Shown: piece by piece, positions 30,804-52,463 of the stretch
Numbering within the stretch: position 1 is the stretch's first letter
Layout: every line of letters begins with the position of its first letter
From: the human T2T-CHM13v2.0 reference genome, Homo sapiens
Assembly: GCF_009914755.1 (NCBI RefSeq)
Contig: NC_060926.1
Direction: 5' to 3' (one strand)
Length of the DNA stretch: 64,000 nucleotides
The notes under the pieces: model-generated
The model's input: only the letters and a program-made list of their open reading frames with translations
What the model was told of the DNA's origin: nothing
Databases searched by the model: none
Position numbers and translations under genes: made by a program

Positions 30804-32407
30804 GTGGGAATTGAACAATGAGAACACATGGACACAGGAATGGGAACATCATACCCTGGGGACTGTTGTGGGGTGGGGGGAGGGGGGAGGGATAGCATTG
30901 GGAGATATACCTAATGCTAGATGATGAGTTAGTAGGTGCAGGGCACCAGCATGGCACATGTATACATATGTAACTAACCTGCACATTGTGCACATGTACC
31001 CTAAAACTTAAAGTATAATAATAAATAAATAAATAAGTAAAAATAAAAATATGCCTTCACCACAAAGAAAAAAAAAAAAAAGAAAAGCCTTTTTGAAAAG
31101 CCATTCAAGAGCCATCTCCTGCCCCAGGGTGTTAGAGCACAATACAGGTCAGCACAACATGCTTAGCCTTACAACAGGAAGGTGGACTTTCTGGTTCCTC
31201 AGATCTGACATTTAATCATTGTGACCACCTCAGGGTCTAAATGGAGACCGAAAATTTGGGTTGGTGCCTTTCTGTGCCTTTGGGCCAATAAAGACAATGG
31301 GATTAAACCTCCTATTTCACAAATTCTCCAGAGATACTGAGATTATGTGTATACTCTTTCACATTCTCCAGTTAGCAAACCTGGCTGCAATGATGTGACC
31401 ACACTTGCCTGAGCAGCATCTGTGAAATATACAAATGAAATGTATCAACCACCTAATGAGGACAGAAGGCCCCTTCCAGCCTCCCCCTTCTCCTAAGAGA
31501 GTAAGGAGCACGTTCCAGGCTGTTTTGTTTTTTCTTTTAGCCAGAAGCCACTGAGCCATGCTCCTAATTAGGAAAGTAAAATGCCCTAACCAAGATACTA
31601 GAAATCAGAATGGTTACAGTGAATATAGCTTTTCAGATTCTATATTTGCCAAATGAATATTTCAGGGAAAGGGGAAAATAAGGTTAACCATAGGAAATAA
31701 TGATAGAAAGACTATATTTAAGTAACTTTTCATACAATAATGTGCTTCCTTTAAAATAATAAAATTTTTTGCTTGTTTTTACTTCAACACTATTACCTAT
31801 TAACTTGACTTCATCCAGGTTTTTAAGCACTTTATTAGAATGCGGTTTAGCATAAATATTAATAAAGCTGGAAAAAGACCAAATGAATTAAAATGTATTC
31901 CCTGAACTGGGCTATATAAAGACACATATTATTACAAAAGTTACTTTTCACCTATTATGGTAGGGACCTATTTTATCATATCTTCCAGACAATAAAAGCC
32001 AATGGTCAAAACAAAGCAAAATAGAAACACATGAGGTCTCTCCAGTTCTTTAGATTTGAGCCTGAGTTTAAAATCCTAGAGAGAAGTAGCAACCACAAAC
32101 TTTCAGTTACCCATGCTGCTGCCTGGCCAAGTAAAACTCCACTGCATGTGCCTTTTGACTCCAGCAATTCTTTCCCACATCTGTTCAAGCTGAGCAATGC
32201 ATCTTCACATTTCATACTTACTTCTATGTCATTATTTCATCAGTTTCTGTAGAATGTATACTGAAATAAATCGTAAGTGACTACTGTTTAGACTTCAACT
32301 CCTTAGAGGACAGGAGCGCCTGCACTTAGTAAAGACAATAGTAATAACAGCACCTAGATTGCTAATAAGTTGTATTAAATATTTAACTGTATGTATAATT
32401 TTCTTTA

Positions 32408-32728
<321 letters not shown>

Positions 32729-32729
32729 A

Positions 32730-32945
32730 TGTATTAAGCACTATTGTGTTCCAAGGCTGGCATTAAGTGCCTTTCTGACATTTATTTCTTTCATTTTCAT
32801 GAACCTGAAATAGGCACACTTTTCTCATGTTGAAGCTGAAGAAATGATTGCGGAGCAGTGATACAGCTAGTAAATGGCAGGATTTGAACCCAGGATGCCT
32901 GACCACATGGTCTGTAGTTTTAGCAATTCACAATACTGCCTCCTG
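32730..32945 (-). mobile_element. MIR
   Basis: tattaagcactattgtgttccaagg...cagctagtaaatggcaggatttgaacccagg. Confidence 0.65.
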
Positions 32946-34066
32946 GAATAAGTCCCTTAACAAATGGTCTTCAAAATTACTGACAAAATTAAAAATCCTG
33001 ATAAGTAAAAAGTAAAAGTTTGCAGCTGTAAATTTTCGTAAACATTTGACACTTAGAGAAAGCTGATGTATTTTTAGTCTAATTTGACTGCCTTTATATG
33101 AAAGATTATTTCAAGATACTTCACAGTTCAGGAAAGTAAGATGAAAGGAAATCAAGATAACATACCTGGAGTAGAGCTCCATTTAGACCAGGGCAATCCA
33201 GCCTGTCAGACTCCATCATGCCACACTTGACCAGATGCCCAGAAGGACCTCTGTGGTGAATCCCCAGATAGGAATCCTCAGTGCTTGGCAGTCAGGTCAA
33301 ATCATTATTCTATTGGCTAATCAGACAGACTGCCAGGATTGCTGATTTCAGCCTCTTAATAACTGCCGCTATGGTGCTGGAGACACTACCTAGGATAGAA
33401 GTGATGTGTCTTTGTCATTCCTGGACAAGCTCTGAGATAAATAACCAGGAAGACTTCAAACCAAACATGGTACTGTCTTATGCTGCCACCCTAAAGACCC
33501 CAGATCACATACTATTGTCATCCTAACATCAGAAGGGTTGACTTAGTGCCGTTCTGTGTACTTGACCCATAAATTGCAGGTTTCAATTGCCTGTATTGTT
33601 CCTCTGAAATATTAGTGGCCTGGGAATAAGTTGTAGTTGCAGAATGATGAGCCAGGTTGGGAAGTTATGACTTTCAGTGGCACTATGAGTATGATCTGAG
33701 GACTCCAGACAGCAGATCATTGTTAGTGCCTTTGTTCTCTGACACCAAAACTGAGGCATGTGAAGTTTCTAGGACAAGGCTTTATAGAACCAAGAACAAT
33801 GTCATCTGTCCCTATATTCATATCACTGGATTCTCTGAGAATGCTCACAGAGTAAATGTGGGAAGAATAGGAAGCCTATTAGACGAAATATCTAATAACA
33901 GTGGAGAGATGCTTACATGATTGGAATATGGCAGTCATTGAAAATGAATGGCACAAGAGTACATAGTCAAATGCAAAAGTGTTGATGATGCTTGCTAAGT
34001 GGGGGAAAAGCACATGAAAATCTGCAGACTACATGATCCCATATTAATAAATGAAAATATGTAAGA

Positions 34067-40830
<6,764 letters not shown>

Positions 40831-42310
40831 AATAAATGAAAATATATAAGATACAAAAAAAGCAAATTATCTACATCTACTTGTCAATAGTGCCTATATA
40901 TACTTGATAGGATTATGGGTGATTTTTATTTTCTTCTTTTTATTTGTTTTTATCCTTTAGATTTTCTGTTTTTGAACATGCATCATTTTTGTAATACTAA
41001 AACAAAAGCTTTCTCAAAGGCAATAAAGTCGTCAAATACACTGTTAGAGGTTAAAAAAATCAAGAATAATAAGCTACTAAATTTACAAGAATTAAAAAAA
41101 ATACATGTGATTAGGTTTACCCCATAAGGCAAACCAAAAGGTGATAACCAGCCCTACCTTTTATTAGAACTCGTTTAAAAAGCAAAAAACACAATAACAA
41201 AAAAGTGATGATAGTCATTTACAATTCCAAAAGGGAAGTCACAGAACATCTTAACTGTCCACTAAGGCCTGACACCCCAAACTGTCTTCTCAAGAAGCTG
41301 TGAGTAAAAACAAAAATCTGTGAGCCATGTTATGTCTCCGTCTTGAGTTTCTCAAAGGAATGGATCATATTAAAGACTCTAAGCAGTCTTTCCATAAATA
41401 AATCTGATGAACATTGTTTAACTCGTTTCTACCCATTAGCACCTCACTACCCAAAATAATAAGGCTATTGGAATACACTCTGGCTGTAAGCCAGCATTAG
41501 AAAAACTTCTTTCAGAACTCCATGAATATTTTACTTCTATTGAGCATTTACTTATGTGCTTAGCTCTCCAGCCCAAGTAGAAGATAAATAATAATCCTGA
41601 TTTCTGACAATTGTTCCAGGAACCATCGCCTAGAGTTCCTGGGGGAACCAGAAGCATTGGCACTTCTCTACTAGTCTTCTGAGACTGACATGTGCCTGGG
41701 GAGACACGGAGCACATTATTGCTGTTGTGCATCATGCCTTGAAAACTTTCCAGTTGCTGGAGGGTTATTCTTCACCCTGCTCCTATTACCCAAAAATGCA
41801 ATTTATTCTCTTCAATCTGGCAGTAAACAGCCTATGTAAAGAATTTTCAAGCATTTTAAAACCAACTTACCAATAGCTCTGCTGATAACTTCTTGGAAGG
41901 GCAATTTTGGCAGTGAAGTTATGTTGTCTTCAAACTTTTCAATATATATATTCTTATCAGTAGCTTGGGTGTGACATGAGTTGAAGCATCTTGTTAGGAA
42001 ATTTCAGAGAACACAGCACAGCAGCTATTGCAAATAGTGACTGTGGCTATGGTCACCCGAGGTGAAAAGCACCATTTGCACCACTTTATCACTTCTTAGA
42101 GACACAATTTACACATTACTGCTCTTACTGGATAAGACGGATATAATCACAAATGACCTACCACAACAGCAAATCAGAAATTTATTAAAAATCAGCTCAG
42201 AAAGACATTTCGGAAAGAATAATTCAAGGATTTGGCAGTTGACAACCATTCATCACAGAAAAGATTCAGATTTTGTATTAGGTTTCCCAACTGTCTCTTT
42301 TATTCGTGAT

Positions 42311-42311
<1 letters not shown>

Positions 42312-42347
<36 letters not shown>
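42312..42347. repeat. (GT)n microsatellite, about 18 units
   Basis: Read directly. Confidence 0.95.
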
Positions 42348-42350
<3 letters not shown>

Positions 42351-45129
42351 TGCTTATCATCTTCCACTAGGATTATTTTCCTAAACACAGGAACTTTTAT
42401 TTTATCGGAAAATTTATTTTTAATCTAGAAACATAATGAAGTTATATGAGTTCAAGAACTAAATCAGAGGCAGAAATTTGCCTTGAATGGCACAGTGAAA
42501 AGGGCTAGGCATGGGGAAAGATACTGTATACTCAAAATATGAATATAAAACATCTTTTGATACACCTTTCCAGCACATCACATAAAAACTTACTCTAGAA
42601 TATAGTCCACTTTTCTATGATATCTCAGCAAAGGACTCTTGTTGAAGCTAATACTGGATGACGAATTACTGTTTATGGCTATCTGGAAGCCATTTACTCA
42701 GATTATTTCTTCCTCAACAATGCTTCTTGCACTGTGCTAGTATGCTGAGGCAAAAATGATAAAGATAGAAATAGTAATGAGAGTGACAAAAATAATGATA
42801 AAACCAGATTAAATCTTTGCCCTTACAGAGGTTAAAGTTTATCAAAGAGTCACAGTTCAAAGCAATTGAAAAATTAACCTATTGATTGAGTTATTTTCCC
42901 ATTTGAGGTAAGGAAACAACCAACCTAAAATACAATCAATTGTAAAGCTACAAAGGATTACTGAAGGAAAAAATGATGTAGGTATGGTGGAGGAAAAAAT
43001 ATTCAGATGATCAAAACCTCCCTTCGCATTCTCAGTTTCAACTTTATTCTACCATGAATCCAGCATTCTCTCATACTGGACAGCTCCCTACTCTAGAAAT
43101 AAATCAAATAATTTAACACCTTTGTGTCTCTGCAAATGTTCTTAACTTAGCATTGAATGTCTCTCCCCCACAATCAATTTTTCTCCTATTGAGAGTTCTC
43201 TATTTTTTTAATTTGAGAACCACGTCAAATATTGTCTCTTCCATGGATCTAACCCAATTATCCTTATCAATAATTAACTATTTCAATTGTAGTATCATAC
43301 AAGTGGTACCATTCATGATTCCTTATTTTTTCCCATATAGATTATAGTTAATATAACTTGAAGCTCCTTAAAGGTAGGAAATTTGCATTTTCATTTGTAT
43401 ATTTATTATAATGTTAATAAATGTTAATAGTGGGATTATCAAATATGATGAATTAATAAATGCAAACAAAAGCATAGTGGTTTTCAGTACCAAAAAATGG
43501 AAAAAGAATAACAAGTTGTCAGCATGTCTCCAGACTCACCAACAGGCACATGTATGTTGGCACATGTAATTATAAATAAAAATTAACACATCACAATAAA
43601 TGAACTAAGTAAATTCTCAGCAATTTTTGAGAGTACATTTATGGTGGCCTACTTTAAAATGAAGATTCTGTGGTTTTCAGTTAATTCACCTAGGGGGAGG
43701 GCGTGCAAGTGTTCCCTGAGAGAGATAATCAGTTGTCATCCAGGACAAGTTCACAAGAGGGCCATGTGACATCCAGTCAAAAGACACATGCCATTTTTAG
43801 ACAACATGAAAAGAGAAATAGGGTTTTCAGATATCATCTTCAATTCAAAGTGCTGCTCCTCACATGGGCAATGCTAAGTAGCATTTTCCAGGATGAGCAC
43901 AGTAGGGATTGATTTATTTAGTTTATGGTGGTTGATATTTCTCTTGGACAATGCCAAAATGACCAGCAATTAATAATAGCCAAAATTAAACTCTGTACCA
44001 TATAAAGTTTATGATTTACCTCACAGCCAGCCTGTAAATTAGATTATCTTCATCTCATTTTATACTTAAAGAAATAGAGACAATGGTGTGTGGCTAAGGG
44101 TTGTAAACAGGGGAATCTATTCAACCAGGCTAAGGAGAAAGGGACTTATCAAATAAGTGTCAAGGAGCTCATGGACTCTCTTGAAGGGCTTGACCTGGAT
44201 TTATTAACTAACCAGCCAGAACAACATGGCCATGAACAATGCAGCCCAAAAAGTACCTGATAATTCTTTGGACTTGTTTTAGTGGACACGTTATTGCTTC
44301 TATTGCCTTTACTCACAACTGTGATGTTCACATTTGGAGGCTACAAATTCTATCATAGCTGCTTCAGTAGAACCAGGGACCTTTGTCACTCCATGTGTTT
44401 TCTGGAACATCCAAATAACCAGAAAACAGCTGCCATCTCATGCTGCTCACTTCTCCATCTATGTCTTGCCCAGAGGTATCTGATGGGTGGAAACTAGGTC
44501 ATTTACTTTTATCCTAGTTGTAAAGGAGCCTGGGAGACTTCATTATGGATGTCAGTTTCTTTTACAGCTGGCCCATTTCCAGGAAGAAAAGCTAAGGGGG
44601 AATTGGAACAGGAGAGGAGTTGGCTAAACTGCCAAATCGGCCATGAGTGGAGAATTTATTGACCATAGTCACATCGCTAGTAAGGGGCAGAGCCTTCTGA
44701 TGCCATCTCTTAAGTTCTTCCCAAGATAAAATGAGTGCCTCATTGTAGCAGAGATGAGCAGCTCACCTGTCTCTCAGAGCTTAATTGAAATATACCTTAA
44801 GAGCAACTGTTGCCTTTTAACCTAGGATTGCATGAACTGCAAGTGTCATTACTGATTTGGCTTTGTAGATACCTTAATATTGTTAAGGAAGTAGCCCAGT
44901 GAATGGGGATGAATTCTTCATCCTCTGTGCAGTTTTCATTTAAAAATACTAGCACACCTACACTGTGAAACTGAGAAGCTCAGAGCTAGACGAACCCTTA
45001 AGCCAAGGTGAAATGCATAGCAGCTGGACTACATTTTCCCTACCTCTCACATTAAGTCATGGATAATTAAAGGAAATAAGAAAATAAATTTGATTCTGAC
45101 GACCATGTAAAAAGTGAGATGCAGAATAT

Positions 45130-45370
45130 GGTGTATAGACCTACATATTACAGTTTGATAGACTTGTATTCAAATCCAGGTTTAATCACTCATTAGCTAT
45201 GTAAAGCTGGGGCAAGTTGCTTAATCTCTCCAGGCCTCAGCTTTCTCTTCTGTAAAATGGGAACCATGCCTACTTCTTAGTAGAAGTAATTATTAGTGAG
45301 ATTGTATACATTATTTGTAAAACACTGTATAGACTGTCACATACAGAAGGTATTGATTAAATAGAAGTTA
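45130..45370 (+). mobile_element. MIR
   Basis: gggcaagttgcttaatctctccaggcctcagctttctcttctgtaaaatggg is the MIR core. Confidence 0.8.
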
Positions 45371-48329
45371 CCGTTTAACATTACTTTAAAAGAAGTAATT
45401 ACTAAATGTCACAACATTGATTTAACAAATCTTTAAAAATATGTGCTGTAGTAATCCATCCAGCTATGAAAATGGTTACCTATTGAGGGTACAGATATAG
45501 AGAATGGCAAGTGAGATATTTTTCCTTTGATTTCTGATATTTTGTATGGTTTCATGTGTTTAAAACAAGGACTATTTCCTTTCACGACTGACCTGTTTTC
45601 AGTCATACTTAGAGACCTTCCCTAAATTCTACTTCTACCAAACTTTCAAACTGTCTGATGGACTTTCAAATTATGTACTAAGGGAAAGGGAAAGCAAATA
45701 GCTTGGAATTTCTTAGAAAACTCACCTATACCATCTGTTCAGAACTTACTAAAGAAATGACTATTAAAATGTCATTTCTTTAATAGTCTTTAAACAACAA
45801 CAAAAAAAATAGCCTCAGAATTTCATGGAAAGTCATCTCTAAAGGGCCAAGTAAAAACATCCTTTGAATGAGACTTTACAACATTTTAACAATTTCAGAA
45901 ACAAGCTGACAGCTAAAATATAAAGAAAAATAAAACACATCTATGTCGATGAACAAAAACTACAGAATTGTTTTTTGACCTTTTGTTGTCATTAGCAAAA
46001 CCTGTCCTATATGCCTACTAAGTTTGTCTATGATACAAGTATCCCAAGAAATTTAACTCAAAACACTCATGTTCTAAAATATGTTTTCTATTTATGAAAA
46101 ACAAGAGCAAAAAGCAGAAGGAAGGCAAACTTCTCCTTCCTTTGGTATAAACTTACATATATACCATTTAAGAGAGAAAGCAGTGCTGAAAATATGCAGG
46201 GCTATAAAGTGCATTGGTCTCTGATCCACCTGCTGGTGAACATATTTGGAGAGTCAATAGCAGAAGTCTTGTTCTCAAGAGCATGAGTACTCCATGCTGA
46301 TGAGACTGGAAGGAGGGATAAGCACTGGTTTGGAGGCTGCAAAAAGCAGGCTGAGGAGGTGTGAAGAGAAGAAAACACATAGGACCACCAGCAAAGTGAG
46401 CAGAAGGACATGAGGGTGCAGTCAGAAGGAATCCAAAGCGGGAGTGAAAGAAGAGAGTGACTCAGTGTGTCCAAAGCAGCTGACACCAGGAAAGCTTGGA
46501 CTGGGAAAGTTGTATGCTTTACTGAGAATAGCATCAAGTGCCATGTTGATCTATTGTAGGAGTTAAATAGGTAAGGAAATGGGAAAAAGCAGGAGAGAGT
46601 GCCCAGTTAAGGCCCCTAGCTATGAAACCTAGGAGGAAAGCATGATAGTAATTGGCAGTGATGCCAGGGTCAAGAGAAGGTTTTGCTGTTCTTGTTATTT
46701 TTCTAAGCAAAGGAAGACAAGCACTTCTAGAGACAAAACAGGAGTCAATGGAAATGGAGAGACTAAAAACACAGAATATAAAAGAGTCCTTTGTTAAGGG
46801 GGCTGAGAAAGCATGTACTAGTGACAGGATTTCTGATCCGTGAGGATTAATGTGATTTTGAAACTAAGAGATATTTTTAAGGGGAAAACATTTCCAAAGA
46901 GTTTTTATGGTTTTATAACAGAGCTACCACCAGTTTTCTGTTGACTGACAACCCTATGCTTTGTCCAGGAGACCAATTTACCTTAATGTTTCTTTGATTA
47001 TGAGACCTTAACCCCAGAATATTTTAAGGCTCAAGAGTAAAAATACAGGTGATGGACAGTAATGGGAATTGATGCAGTGGGGAGGAGAGCATAGAGAAGT
47101 GATAAAGGAACAGGAGTTCCTTTGCTTTGAAAAGCAAAGGCCTTGGGAGAGATTAAGATTGTAATCCCTCTTCACAGAGTCTAAATGAGAAGAGTCCAGC
47201 ATAGCCTGAAAGAGTTTCAAGAGCAATGTGAGTAGACTGTGGCAAAGAGTTCAAGGCACCAGTAGGATGAAAACTGGCAGGCTGAGTCTCTAGCCATAGA
47301 GGAAGTAAGAATCATGAACCAAAAGGAAATTGTAAAAGAGGAGAATGCCTAGAAATAGAAATCTCAAGCATAAAATGGTATCCAGTGAGAGTGAAGCTGA
47401 GCAAATGTTTGGTGAGTAGCTTGTGAATCCAAGCAATGCTGGAGATTGGCAGCGGGGAGGACTGTGGAGAGCCAGCATAAATGACTGAGCATGGGAACAA
47501 AACAAAACACAGCATTTTCATCTGATTGGCCAGTAAGTACTAATTTAGGAAAATTGTACACATAACCACAGATTTCAGAAACAAAAAGGCTTGGTTAAAA
47601 AGCTACTCTGCCAAATAAAACTATCTGTCATTGTCACCCAGGCATTCCTTTGGGTGCATTTCTAGAACAATTTATAAATCTGATTCTAGCGCTGAAAATT
47701 GCTAAGTCCCTCCATTAAGTGATTAAATGATGATTCTCTTGGCAAGATTACACTTCGGATTAAGTTTCATTACAACCTTGACAAGCCTATGAAGAAAAAA
47801 AATCACAAAATCACAAAGTTATATTTTATAGTGGCTTTGTCTTAAACCTCTGTAAAATAATCATGGTATAGCCATTTCAGGCTGTTTTCGTATACACAGA
47901 ATGTTAATTATGGCTATGTAAATATTATTCGGAAGGCTATTTAAATCTGGTAGATTTTTAATATCCTAAAGTTATATTTGAGAAAAGCAAAATTCTATGT
48001 CACATTAGTGCTAGTAATGACAATAGTCATGACATTTCCTCTAACTTGTATATATCCTCCCCATTTTTTTTACAACAGTGCAAGACTTTTTAATATAGGC
48101 TCTGTCAAGTAAAATTGAAAGCTTCTTATGAAAACGGTCAACTGGAGGTGCCAAGTTTTTGTTTTTCTTTTGAACAAGAGCGAAGTAAAAAAAAAAAAAA
48201 AAAAAACTGCTTTTGCACCAATTAGTCAAGATGCATTGACTGATCGTTCCTTATGAAACATCTTATAGGCAATCCTCTCTGAATTTGTCTTTATTTGTCA
48301 TGTTTACATTAATAATGATAATACTTTAT

Positions 48330-48525
48330 GTTCATGTAGCACCATTTGACTTATATAGTATTTTCAAATACGTTATCTCATTTGATCTTTACAGTGATCC
48401 TTACTGGCAAAGTCTGGCCAGACATTATCATTCTCATTTTATAGATGAGGAAACAAAGGCATAGAGTTGCACAGGCTTCAGAGCTGATGACTCCAAGTCT
48501 AGAACTTGAATCTGGGTCTTCCAAT
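48330..48525 (-). mobile_element. MIR
   Basis: ttatctcatttgatctttacag...cattttatagatgaggaaacaaaggcatagag. Confidence 0.75.
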
Positions 48526-50383
48526 GCCATAAGGCTGACTGCCTACAAAATAATTTCCACTGACAGCAGCTACATAAAATTATGTTTGGCTATTATGGAT
48601 TCCAGTAAATCAATATTATATAAAGGAACAATTGAAAACAAAAGAAAAATCGCCAAGTCTGTTCCATGTATTATCAGTCGCTGCATAGTACCAATATCAT
48701 TCTTTGAAATATGATCTAAAATAATACTACCTCTCTGTGGTGAGCTGAGAAATACCTCCCTAGACTTTGTAAATTTTAGATAGTGAATACACTAACAGCT
48801 TTCTGGTTTCTAAGAATATCCATTAATATCAGCCTCCCCCAAAATAATGGGCCGAATGAATACTCTTTTTGTTATCACATAGTTCATCATTTTTAAATTC
48901 TCCCAGCTGCTGTTTATATTAGTAGGATGTCTTTCCTCTCATCCTCTTTCACATTTCTAATAAAAAATACTGGCATTTCCTTTCCCAGTGGAGAAGCCCC
49001 ACCCGAAGCCCAATCACATTGCCGGGCTTCTAGGCTCTAATGATTAAATAAGTGATTGCTCTGCCTAGCTTTAAAAATGTGTCTTATATAAGGCAGTCAA
49101 GACACAATATCCATCACTGTAAAGGAAGCCAAGCATTTATTTAAAATGATGAAATATCCTCATTTTCATTTTTCCCTGAGAGGATTGTAGTGATGTTAAA
49201 AAATTCTCTGAATTCTAGAACTAGGGCAACACATTGATTTGAAGAAAGCTATAATCTTCCCTTCTAATTTGAAGTATACTTTCTCCTCAGTGAAATAAAG
49301 TGTGGCTTTCAGAATAGCAAGAGCCCTAGGCCCACACACACAAAGACATCCTCATCCCAACCACTCCTCTTTCAGGTCGGCCCCATTCTTCCCAAGGCAG
49401 GGATTTATAAAGACCTTTTCAATAAATGTCAAGGTATATTAAACTAAAAAAGAGAAAGGTTCAAATCATTTCTTCCAGATTTGGGAGGGAAATGATTTCA
49501 ACTGCCAAGTCATGATGAATATTACCTCTTGCTTTACACCACTGCCTCATTGCAAATGAGTAAGTTGGGTAAGTTCAATTATGGGGTCTCTTAGAAAAGA
49601 TTCATAATTAAATTTTTAAAAGGAACAAATTAGCTCTTTATCTATCTAAGGCAGAGGAGTCAGAACACTTATTCCTATGAGCGTTCAGGGATTTCAACAT
49701 CTATGGGTAGATTTCCTTAAATAGCCAAGGAGGCTGACTTAAAGGCTAGGAGAGCCAGCCCTCTGTGATTTGGAGAGATAATAAGTTAGCAAACTGGATA
49801 GCATAATGGTTTATGAAATTCTTCCTTCAAGGACCATTATCTAGTGCTAATAGTGTTTTATGTCTTCCTCTCCTGTGCTTATTTACAGCATAATTATAAG
49901 AGTGAGAAAAAGGGGAGGAGTTGGGTATCAAAATAACCATATGCCAAATTAATGCAGCCAACTAGAATCTCTGGCCCTTGGGGCTTGTTTATCAATTAGT
50001 TCTGTTGCAATTTGAGTTTCTGTTTTTCCCCACAGAATGAAGATACTTTTTGATTTCACTCATATGCCATCTCCAAGGAAAGTCATTTGAGATCAAAACA
50101 TTTTTCAGAAAGGATCTCTTTTCCCCTTTTCAATATCATGATGTACTGCACAGCCAGCTCCTCACTCATTTCAAGACCATTTCATAGCACAAATAGTTAA
50201 CCCTTTCTCTCTGTCTCTCTCGTGTGCTCTCTTTCTTTCCCTGTCTTGCCTCCCTTTTAGCTGGTTAATGTTGGGTTTATTTTTTTTCAACTGCTTTATC
50301 TTTCTTCACCATGTTTTTAAAGCTACTATGCAAATCTCTATGTTAAAGCCACTTGTGTGTGCCATATGTGATCTGTAAATATT

Positions 50384-50456
50384 TAACAGAAGTTATTCAG
50401 AGTCAATTAATAACAGAAGTTATTCAGAGTCAATTTTAACAGAAGTTATTCTGAGT
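50384..50456. repeat. Minisatellite, 26-27 bp unit, about 2.7 copies
   Basis: taacagaagttattc(a/t)gagt starts at 50384, 50411 and 50437. Confidence 0.95.
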
Positions 50457-50897
50457 ACTAGTTTGAGATAGTATAAGATGTAGTAGTATTTTGCAGTGAG
50501 ACAGGAGAATTGTTTGTATTCTCCAAAACCAAGCCAGTACATCAGGAACTGCTGGTTTGGGAAATGTGCCTCAATCCCAGCTTGAGTTTCTCAACTAATC
50601 TGAGTTTTTAAAGGGATCAGAGAAAACAAGTTGGCAGGAGCAAGGAATTGCCTTAAACTATGATATATTCTTCACCTGGTCTTAGGAAAAGAATCTCAAC
50701 TGGCTTTTCTTTTTTTTTTTTTCATCTAAAAATAAAACAAATTTTGCATCCCTTTTCACACTCGTGCTTCATTCTTCTTTGAATGCTAATTACAAATTTT
50801 TCAACCTTTGAAAGTTGGTTTACCGAAACCCAAGAAATTACTTGCTCAAATCAGGAAAATTAAAATGTAAAGGAGTGAAGTCTTGCGGAGCAAAGTA

Positions 50898-51199
50898 CAG
50901 ACAGTTCTCCACTTTGATGAGCTGACTTAGGATTTTTTGACATTACCATGATGCCAAACCATCATGATTTCAAGTAATGTACAGCATTCAATAAATTATG
51001 TGAGTTGTTCAACACGTTATTAAGAAATAGGCTTTGTGTTAGATAATTTTGTCCAACCAGGCAGCACATTTAAGTTAGGCTTGGCTAATCTATGATGTTT
51101 GGTAGGTTAAGTGTATTAAATGAATTTTCAACTTAGGATATTTTCAATCTACAATGTGTTTATTGGGATGTAACCCAATCATAAATAGAGAAGCATTTG
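50898..51199 (-). mobile_element. MER47/Tigger5-type DNA transposon relic
   Basis: ataggctttgtgttagataattttg...ctatgatgtttggtaggttaagtgtattaaatg...gggatgtaaccc. Confidence 0.7.
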
Positions 51200-51939
51200 T
51201 GCTTTGTTACTGTAGCTATAGCAAACTAATACAGTGGATAACCTGTGGCTCTGGAGGCCGGAGGAATTTGCAGGAGTGGGCAGAATGGCCACAGCTGGGA
51301 AACACAAAGATAACAGAGCCAAAAAACAGTAGGGGTAGAAGTCAAAAACCACAAAGATGCTCTCCTAATATAGCATGAATCAAAAAAAGCCAAGCAAAGG
51401 AGACAAAAACTTAGTAAAAGATTCAAAGACTGAACCAGAGATAGCAAGTCATTCTGTTCTCAGCTCAGATGTCACCTCCTTAGAGAGTGACTAATTTAAG
51501 GTAGCCCTTCTCCCCCATCCCACCTTTGTTTAGTCTCTATCCGATTATCCCCCTTACCACTACCTGAAACTGTTTTTGCATTTGTTTATCTTCTGCCTCT
51601 GTCTCCTAGAAAGTAAGAGAGAGGAGACATTTGCATTCCCTTTGCATTTCCAAATCTACTTCATTTGTAGATTTGTTTTCAACATTTTTCAGATGTCTTA
51701 CCAGCTCACTGCCTGGCACCTAGTAGTATTCAGTGCATCCTTCATGAACAAATGAAGTAGATTTAGAAATGCAAAGGAAATAAGAAACTGGAGACATTCC
51801 TTGAGACACCAGAGGATGGAAGCAAGCTGCTTGGTGAGGCTCCTGCAACCTTGCCCATGGTGAAGGGAAGCTCAAATGATTGCCAAGCCAATTCGGTGTA
51901 ACTGGCAACCAAGACATAAGAAATCAGTGTTGACTTGTA

Positions 51940-52463
51940 TTTGCCTATAGTTAGGATTCTCCAGAGAAACAGAACCAATAGGATATATTTAGATATAGAG
52001 AAAGAGATTTATTATGAGGCATTGTCTCATGAGATTATGAGGGCTGAGAAGTCCCATGATCTGCTCTCTGCAGGCTGAAGGCCCAAGAAGAAACCAGTGG
52101 AATAGTTTCAGTCCAAACCCAAAAACTTGAGAATCGGGGGAGCCAATGTTGTAAATCGCAGTCTGAGCCCAAAGGCTCGAGAACCAGAAGCACTGGTGTC
52201 TGAGCTCAGGAGGAGATGCATGTCACAGCTTAAGCAGAGAGAGCAAATTAGCCCTTCCTCTAAGTTTTCGTCCTATTTAGGCCTTCAGTGAATTAGGTGA
52301 TGCTCATTTACATTGGTGAGGGCAGTCTTCCTTACTCAGCCTACCGATTCAAATGCTAATCTTTGCCAGAAACACCCTCACAGACACACCCAGAAGTAAT
52401 GTTTCAGCAGCTATCTGGGCACCCCTTAGCCCAGTGAAGTTAACACATGAAATTAACCATCAC
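51940..52463 (-). mobile_element. MLT2 (ERVL) solo LTR
   Basis: Runs from ttaggattctccagagaaacagaaccaatagga to acacatgaaattaaccatcaca, the MLT2 terminus. Confidence 0.85.

Noticed and set aside
43686-43702. CTCF-like cacctagggggaggg
   Set aside because: It has several mismatches at high-information positions of the motif.
50384-50456. CRISPR-like short repeats
   Set aside because: The units are contiguous with no unique spacers, the context is eukaryotic, and there are no cas genes.
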